DNA of 45,177 nucleotides, counting the filler, from Jimgerdemannia flammicorona (Eukaryota): assembly GCA_003990765.1 (NCBI GenBank). It is 2 parts of 2 records of this genome, joined end to end, with 100 filler letters (N's around TTAATTAATTAA, not from the genome) between each part and the next. Parts side by side here need not be neighbours in the genome. Positions count along the whole stretch, not along the records: positions 22,640 to 45,177 come from RBNJ01001253.1; 1 more part is not named here. One strand, given 5' to 3'. Under the pieces are notes generated by a model that was not told the DNA's origin, made no database searches, and saw only the letters and a program-made list of their open reading frames with translations. The translations under genes and the position numbers were made by a program. Shown here one piece after another: positions 37,469-45,177 of the stretch. The first letter of the stretch is position 1. Each line of letters starts with the position of its first letter.

Positions 37469-37482
37469 CATTCGGAGCACTA

Positions 37483-37862
37483 GGTTCAAGTGTTCTTGAA
37501 GGATTTCTGGAAGAAAATATTCTAAGCTTTATTCAGGCAGAGAACAAGGATATTTATATATGATCTGAAAGAAAGATCCAGAAGGATCTTGGAAAGAAAT
37601 AGAAATGCTAAGAGATAGATTCTCAGCAAAGCTGACTAATACTATTCTACAATGTTCTGAAAGGTTCCATGACTAGCTAAGATAAGATGCTTGGTACCAA
37701 GGAAAGACAAGAATGTTCTAGTAGTGTCTGAGTACTGAGAGAAGGTTTCTAAGTAAGTAGAAGATGGCAGAACATAGTAGAATGTTCAAGAAATGACAAG
37801 AAAAAACTAACTAAAAGATACGAAAATGTACTAAGACTAAATATAACTATGAAATTATTACA
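37483..37862 (-). repeat. truncated LTR of the D/G family
   Basis: Reverse complement of 27484-27863. The last ~85 bp are missing at the hAT junction and there is no PPT upstream. Confidence 0.9.
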
Positions 37863-38239
37863 GACCAAGCTAAGCCACACTAGTATTCTTATGTGAAAAG
37901 CAATATATTTTCAAGTTTTCACTTTACATACTTGAGTATATAAGGTGTGACAGAGGTCAAGCTTTAAGACATAATAAGTTTTACTAATTTCTGATCATTT
38001 TTGAGTGAATGGTAAGCCAAAGTTCATCTGACTCTAAGTATCTAAAAAGAAGAAGATCTGGCCTGGACTTCTCTAAGAGCTGTACAACAATAATGAGAGC
38101 TAGTAGTACAGAGGGAGGAACTAGAGATCAGGAGAGACCTATTGGTGCTGAATGTTGGTATACTATAATAGGTAATAGGAGGGCAGTGGCTAGGCCCTGG
38201 TGGCAGAGTAGGGAAGATATAGTATTGATAGAGAAAAGA

Positions 38240-39600
38240 GTCAGATATCAGGTCAGATGATGGATCAGGTGACTGATAGAGGACAGAGGTCTGGTGGTGT
38301 GATGGCTGGAACTGGCATTTCTAAAGCTAGGCTAGTAACTGGTAAAGGGACTGCTGGTGGGCTTACTGGGGTCAGAAAAGTAACTGCAGGAGTCTCTGAG
38401 AGTAAGAAGAAGACAACAATGATAGCTGGCTTAGATAAACTAGTAATATACCCATTCTTTTATAAATCAGTATTGATGTAGGTAATTTTGGTAAACTTCT
38501 TAGAGTTGGATATATCTACCAGAGAGATTCTGTGACTTATGAGTGAGGAGGTTGCTGGTGCAGAGTTACTAAAGTCTATTTCATCAGCAGAGATAGTAGA
38601 AATTGACTTTGTGGAGAAGAAAAAGATGATGAAGGTCCTGGAGAAAGAGTTGGTAGTCAAGAACATCAAGATTGACATAGTGAGGTATCTGAGGTGGGAT
38701 CTGCATATAGTACATCTGATGATAGAGGAGTTGCTGATACTGGAGAGGCAGAAGACTAAGGAGATAGTAGCAGAGATGCTGGGGGGCTTTAGTGAGATAG
38801 TCAATTTTGGCTTTATGTTCTGGGAAGGAACTAAGCTGAGAAATGGCAACTATGAAGTGATAGTGAGGCTAGAGAGCAAAGAGGCTACAGGACTAGAGAG
38901 GGACTAGTCAGAGGTAATTTGTATTGGTGGTCAAGAGTACAAGATATGGAGGAGGAAGAGATCTGAGCAGGAGGAAGAGGAATTGTTATTCACTCTAAAG
39001 GAGAGAGAGATCATAAAGGAGCTATGGAAGAGAAGATGAGAGGAGTTTGCCAAGAATTGGATCTGGATTCTGATAGAGAAGAGGCAAAAGAGATAGCAGA
39101 AAGAGAGTTAGGAATACCTGCAGGCAGTTCTCCAGAGTTTGAGAGAAGAGGAGATAGTGAGGACAGAGGTGGCCAAGAGTCAAATAGAAGAGATAGAGAG
39201 AGTGAAGATGTTTTTTTCACAGCTAAGTAGTGTGGAGAGTTTAGTTTATATACCAGTGAGAGAGAAGTAGACTAATAAGGAGAAGGCCAGAGAGAGGAGT
39301 TTTGAGAATATCACTGAAGTAGTACTGAAGACTCAATTGGAGGATGTCTATATAGCAGAGATAATGAATATTCATTGGGAGTGTCCAGAGGCAGGCAAGG
39401 TAGTGAGGCTAAAGAAGATCACTGAGGAGAATGAACTAATAGACATGATTTCTAATATCTTAACAGATAGAGAGCTGCTATAGAAGTTGAGTAGAACTCC
39501 TAGACCTACTACCCCTGAGCCTCTGGTAATGACAGCAGAGGTAGTGCTTGAGGAACTTGTAGAAGAGGATATCAAGAAAGTGAATATATTTTATAGATCT
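38240..39600 (+). pseudogene. LINE ORF1 remnant
   Basis: ORF-track fragments 38257..38481, 38539..38907 and 39024..39230 lie upstream of ORF2. Confidence 0.55.
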
Positions 39601-39949
39601 CAGGAGACTTGGGATAGATTCCTCAATATTGCTATATAGAGACCAAAGTTAGTAATAGTAATAGTGGCAGTACTTCTGGATGATGAGGGGTATAATATTG
39701 ATGAGAATAAGATAGCTGATATAAAGAAAGTTTCTTTTGAGCAGATAGATATATTCTGTGGTAGTGTGAATAGGGCTTGTATCTGGAGGGCTATCTGTAA
39801 GAAATAAAAGAAAATAATTCATAGTAGAGCTAAGAAGGTGGTGGTAATTTCAGTAGAGTTTTAAACATTTTTATTGATGATGATAAATAGTCTATATATT
39901 ATCATTAAATATCAATAGTCTGTATAATAAAGTTAAGTAGTAGTATCTG

Positions 39950-42900
39950 TTTCATTGGCTAAAAGTCAGATAGTATAATGTAGTACTTCTTTAGAATATT
40001 TGAGTATATAGTGAGTAGGATTATGATAAGTAGAGTAAGGAATAGTATAGTGATACTAGCTGGAATAAGTAGGTGAGCATTTTAGTTAGTGTTGAAAGAG
40101 ATAAGCTGGTAGAGGTAGAATTTTATAGTAATTGATTGATATGGAATAGATTGAAAGGAGGAGTTAGGGATAGACTAGTTGTGAGCTCTGTTTATCTTCT
40201 AGTAGTTGGTAGAGAGCAAAAGCAATGAGTAGAGAGCTGGCTGACTTGGAAAGACTGGAAGGAGGTTGGATTGAACATTCTGAGGAGAAACTTTAATATA
40301 GTATATAACAGAATATTGGACAGATCTGATGGTGGAATTGGTGTGGCTATCTTAGCTAGGCTTTCATAATAGCTATAGGTTGAGAGAGATATAGAGTTGG
40401 TTGATGGTATCTGATAGTATCAGAGAGAGAAGCTAGAGCTCTTCACTAGGTAATACTCTGTTGGCAAGGGTCTGGTGGAAATAAGGATCAATTAGGTTCT
40501 GGTGGCAGAAGGCTGGAGTAATGTGTAGAGATACAATAGTACTCTTGGTCAGATCACTGGAGAGTGGAGGTATGTGGTAAGTTTTAGATAGTTAGTAGTA
40601 GTAGAGGTCACTGATGACTTAATGTGGCTCTTCTCAGAAGATAGATAGAGTGGAAACAATTTGTGATAATTGTAAGGCAGAAAGTGATATAGTGAAAGAA
40701 TGACAGATAGTCAATAGAGCAGTGGTGGAGTAAATTTAAACATTTGGTAGATGCAATATTGGAGAGGTAGTAGGAAAAGAGCAAAAGAATAAGAAGAGAA
40801 GAGTCAAGTGAGGGCTGTAATAGTGGTTGAGATTGATGAAAGGGGGGAATCTGTCAGGAGAGATGTACTCCCAATTAGCTACAGAGGTGGCTAAGTTGTA
40901 GCTAGATTTAAAGGCAGCTAAGAATAGGGTGATAGATAGCCTGCTGGCAAGGCTGTAGGCTAGGCAGTTGGAAGAAAGAGAGTAGCCTACTAAGTATTTA
41001 TCAGGTATTTTAAAGACCAGAAGGGTGTAACACAGCTGGGTCTCAGTATTGTAAGAAGATGGTATTAAAATCACTGAGATTGCTGAAATGCTAGGAGAGA
41101 TCTCAGGACAATGGCAGACTCTCTGGTAGGATTAAGGAGGGCTTGTAGAGGGTGAGAAATTATAGAAGATTAATGACAATTTGGTGGACAGTTGGCTGAT
41201 AGTAGCACTACCTGAGATGGATAAGATGGTGATGAGTCTAGTGTCTCTGGAAGAGGTATTGGGGGTGCTGAGAAAAGTACAGGCAGGTTTATTATCTGGG
41301 GAGGATAGACTGCCTTGAGAATTCTGGAAGAAGTTCTGAGTTAAGTTTAGTAGCTGGTTGGTGAAAATGATAAATTTTGTACTGAAGAAAGATAGCTAGA
41401 TTAGCAATGATTTCTTAGGGTTAGTCTCTCTGCTATATAAGGAGAAGGGGAATTGGTGCATATGGCAGAATTGGTGATCTATCATATGTATTACTGAATA
41501 TAGATAGAAAGTTGGTTTCTAAGATTCTGGCTGAGAGGATATAGCAGTAGATTAGCAGACTGGTAGGTGAGGACCAGTAGGGCTTTGTCAAGGAGAGATA
41601 GATTAGAGACAGTACTGCCTAGGTACAGAATGTCTTAGAGAGTTGCAGGAGCTAGCAAGTGGATGGGTGGATAGTCTTCTTGGATCAGGAGAAGGTATAT
41701 AATAGAGTATAGTAGAATTATTTTGAGGCTATACTGCAGAAGGCAGGGTTTAGTACAGTAGATGTAAGAAGATTAATGGGTTTGGTACAAGGCTGCTGAG
41801 TAGCTATACTGATGAATGGATAGAGTGGTCTGAAGTTTACCTTGAGAAGAAGTGTGCTGCAGGGTGATCCTCTTTCCCCCCTTCTTTATATTCTCTCTTT
41901 GGAGTCTTTATTAACTTGGCTGAAGGAGCAGCTAATCAGATTACAGATGAGAGATATAGTCTAGAAGCTGTGGGCTTTTGCTGATAATATAATAATTGAG
42001 TTAGACTATATGGAGAATGTAAAATGCTTACAAGAGGAGGTTGAACAGTATAAGAGGCTAATAGAAGTGAAATTGAATTGAGACAAGTGTGAGACAATAG
42101 AGCTTAGTACTGATTTGAGAGAGAATAAGTAATTTGGATGAGTAGTGACTATGGAGAAAACTGTCAGATATTTAGAAATCTGGTTTTTGATATATGAGAT
42201 AGTACTGCCAAAGGAGTGGTAGTATAGTATAATACAGAAGTAGAGAGCTTTAATAGATTGGTCAGAGAGGAACTTCTCCTTAGTGAGTAGAGTGGTAGTT
42301 TTGAATATATACTGGTTATCTAAGTTATAGTATTTGGAGTACTACTTAGACTTTCTGAGATGGATAGTATAGAGGCTAAAGAAAATGGTGAAAGAATGGT
42401 TATGGTGAGAAAGATAGCTATAGATTAATTAAGAAACTTTAGTGATGTAGATAGCAAATAGAAGCCTAGAGTTGGTAGACTTCCAGAGGCAGTTGAAGAT
42501 ACTTCAGAGTTGGTGAGGGTGTTGATTAGTAGAGTTGATAGAGGATAATTGAAGTAGACTAACTATAGACAATTGAGAGATCAGATTTTGCCTCTATAAT
42601 GAGGTCTGGAAGGATATATGAGGTTTGCTTCAGGTTGAAAATATTAGTAAATTATAGTATAAGAGGTTCTAGTGGAGTATTATAGAGGCCTGGCTGGCCA
42701 TAGAATTGGTGGGACTGGGGATAGATGAGAGTGAGGATTCTGAGCAGTGATAGTGATGATTAGAGAATATTTATATTAGTAACCATTAGTTAGTAGAGTA
42801 CTCTCTATCTGAGGTAATAGAATAGATCAGATCTAGCTCTCTTGAGAGATAATCAGTAGGTTGGCAGAAGGCTAGACTCAGTAAAGACTGAGAGTAGAGA

Positions 42901-43206
42901 TAGGTCTGGAGCTAGGGGACTTCTTTGCTTAAAGTTATACTATCTAAGTATTAGGTGGTATAGTGGTAATTCTTGAGGAGAAATGTGATGCTAGATTACT
43001 GGACAAGATAGATGAAGATAGAAGAAGGTCAAGAATGTGAGTAGTATAATGAGGTGGATGGGGGATAATTCAGATACCAGAGTATATTCTGATAGCCTGT
43101 CCTGGTGTAGAGGAATATTAATAGACATTGGAGGGTTTTTGAGACTCTAAGAGTGGGTGGTCAGAGGATCCCACTAGTCTGGTAGTTAAGCAGTAGCTAG
43201 TGAGAG
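39950..43206 (+). pseudogene. LINE ORF2 (endonuclease region barely legible; RT; zinc finger)
   Basis: RT motifs in canonical order with many TAG/TGA/TAA stops. Confidence 0.8.
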
Positions 43207-43220
43207 AGATAGATAATATC

Positions 43221-44541
43221 CTGTGGTATGTGGCATATCACTTAGACTTTCCGGCCTGGGTGGTGAAGAGATTGACGAAACTGGCTAGGGATTGGATTTG
43301 GGCAGAAAAAAGGCCCCAGATCAATTGGGATACCCTGATAGAGCCAGTGATTAGGGGAGGCCTAGGTCTTGTGGACTTCCCTAAGTGTCTTTACTGTCTG
43401 TGAGCATAGTGGTTGAAGAGGGCAGTTGAACTACAGGGGAGAGGTTGGGTACCACTGATGCAGAAGGTGTGGAAGATGAGAGTCTCCCCTCGAGATTTCT
43501 TGAGTGACTTGCTTTCTCTGGTGGGTCTGAATGGAAGTTGGCGGATGCGGTATAAGGGCTTCTGGTAGGAAGTAGTGGATGGAGCACACCGGATTGGACT
43601 ACACTGGTGTGATAATAAGGGAGAGGTAATATGGGGCCCTGCTATATAGTAGTGGGACCATCTGCTTCTAGAGGGGACTCTGCTGGCAGAGTTTGATATT
43701 GGTGATGGAGTGGAGTGTCAGTGGGGTCTTGGCCAGGATCTTTGGCTGAGTAGTTGGTAGGCAGTGAGGATTGGTGAGGAGTGGGACTGGACAGGAATCT
43801 GGTCTTGGAGTGCTGAGGTGTAGCAGTAACTTCCTCCTAAGTTCTGGGTGGTTTGGTGGCAAATGCTGAGGAGGAATATTATGTTAAATTTCTATACTGG
43901 ATATCTAGTGGTTGGTGGTCAATTGGAGTGTGAGGAGTATTATAACATCGGACAAGTTGGGAGATTGGTACAGATGCTGAATATTGGCTGGGTGAGTGTG
44001 AGGTTTTGGGGGACTTTTGGATAGCTATAGGGGACTGGCTGGGTATTAAAAGGAGGCCAGATGGAGTGAGAGGCCATTGGGAGGATTTAAGATCTAGACT
44101 AGTAGAAGGTGTTAGTAATGGGTAGCTCACTGTAGGGTAGGTTGTAGTAGTGTGGGTTGGGCTGGCTGGTCATTGGCTTTTTGTTTTTGAGGAAGGGTGA
44201 TAGATGGGGTTGCAGGAGAAGTTATTGAGGTAGGAGGAGTTGTTGGGAGATCTACTGACTGGGTGGTGAGTTGGTTGGGGTCCCCAGGGTGGGCAATGGT
44301 ACTGGCTGGTAGAGGAGATTTGCAGGCAGAGTGGTGGGTGGGTGGAGATGGTGTTTGACAAAGTGGTCTTTCATCGGGAGGGGGTAGGGGGGAGGGGGGG
44401 AGAGGGCCCCCTAGGGGGATTGGATAGGGCTCCCTAGGGGGATCAGATAGGGGTGGGATACTGTGTATTATATAGAGGATAGACTGGTATATTAATAAAG
44501 GATGGAGTTCATGTGACTATAAAAAAATAAAAAAAATAAAA
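43221..44541 (+). mobile_element. younger 5'-truncated LINE nested in the first LINE
   Basis: 14-bp TSD AGATAGATAATATC (43207-43220, 44542-44555), AATAAA at ~44494, A-rich tail. LWYVAYHLDFP...RGGLGLVDFP repeats the 42325-42485 region. Confidence 0.9.
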
Positions 44542-44848
44542 AGATAGATAATATCAGAAGTAGTCTGAGATAGGTTCTGAGAGTCTGGATCCTGATGGCA
44601 GTATATTGGTAATGAGTGTTTGAGTAGGATTTATGAATAGGAATCAGTGAGTTGGTTGAGTAGTAGAGATGACTTCTCTGGGAGGTGGTGCAAGGGTAGT
44701 ATCAGGGAAAGCAGTATCAGCTAGAGCTATGAGGAAGATACAGAATATAGTATAGAGGAGCCAAGATCACCTAGTGCTAGATGACTAAAAGGTTTGATAG
44801 AAGGAGAGTATTAGCTAATAGACCTTTTATTTGTACATTATTGTTGTA

Positions 44849-45177
44849 CAGTATGTTCCAAAACTGAACCAATGTTTTATTAAATTTTATATTTTAATTA
44901 TTTAAATAAAAATACTCTAAATAAATATATTTTATATTATCATATATTATAGTTTTATATTAGAGATATTTAAAAATATTAAATTTATTGTTTTTAAATT
45001 TTTATTTTATCTTTAAAAAAAAATCTAAAAAAAAAAAATTATTGGTTCAGTTTTGGAACCAAATTATTTATAAATATTCTTTATTTAATAGATAGACAAT
45101 AAATTGAGATATATATTTAAAACTTATTATAATTATTCTTTTAATATTTCTCTATAATCCTATATAATTTATTTTTT
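44849..45177 (+). mobile_element. possible Tc1/mariner-type element end or MITE
   Basis: TA|CAGTATGTTCC start; perfect 19-bp inverted repeat at 44855-44873 / 45041-45059; very AT-rich. Confidence 0.4.

Larger units (their letters stand above)
31076..37482 (+). mobile_element. hAT DNA transposon H2 (6407 bp): transposase plus convergent cargo gene
   Basis: Perfect 14-bp TIRs TAGTGCTCCGAATG / CATTCGGAGCACTA and 14-bp subterminal repeat arrays at both ends. No matching 8-bp TSD. Confidence 0.9.
38000..44820 (+). mobile_element. degenerate non-LTR retrotransposon (LINE, L1/Tx1-like ORF2); boundaries approximate
   Basis: ORF1-like 38240-39600. RT motifs GEDRLP*EFWKKF (~41300), DQEKVY (~41683), QGDPLSPLLY (~41860), FADN (~41977). 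Degraded C-terminal zinc finger ~43035-43100. Confidence 0.85.

Noticed and set aside
1..45177. Stop-codon reassignment or programmed readthrough to explain the many in-frame stops
   Set aside because: Stops are of all three types, differ between copies and derive from single transitions at Trp/Gln/Arg codons.

Overview
Eukaryotic, almost certainly fungal, transposon-only region with no recognisable host gene. It spans two contigs joined by an artificial 100-bp spacer at 22540-22639. All coding sequence is pseudogenised by C>T/G>A transitions, with CpG nearly erased in the oldest copies. Contents: (i) Ty3/Gypsy LTR retrotransposons of at least four families, nested in one another; three families carry a dUTPase and two carry a chromodomain. 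(ii) A 6.4-kb intron-containing hAT DNA transposon plus a truncated second copy and an end fragment. (iii) A LINE with a younger 5'-truncated LINE inside it, and a possible Tc1/mariner end. Two observations stand out. First, the hAT carries a second, convergent multi-exon gene whose last exon has the N-x5-HxD...YG...HGT pattern of a TET/JBP-like 2OG-Fe(II) dioxygenase. Second, three different LTR families share a homologous, uncharacterised accessory ORF (ORF-X): it lies at the env position in one family and inside the LTR in the other two. All calls come from manual translation and alignment; no database search was run.
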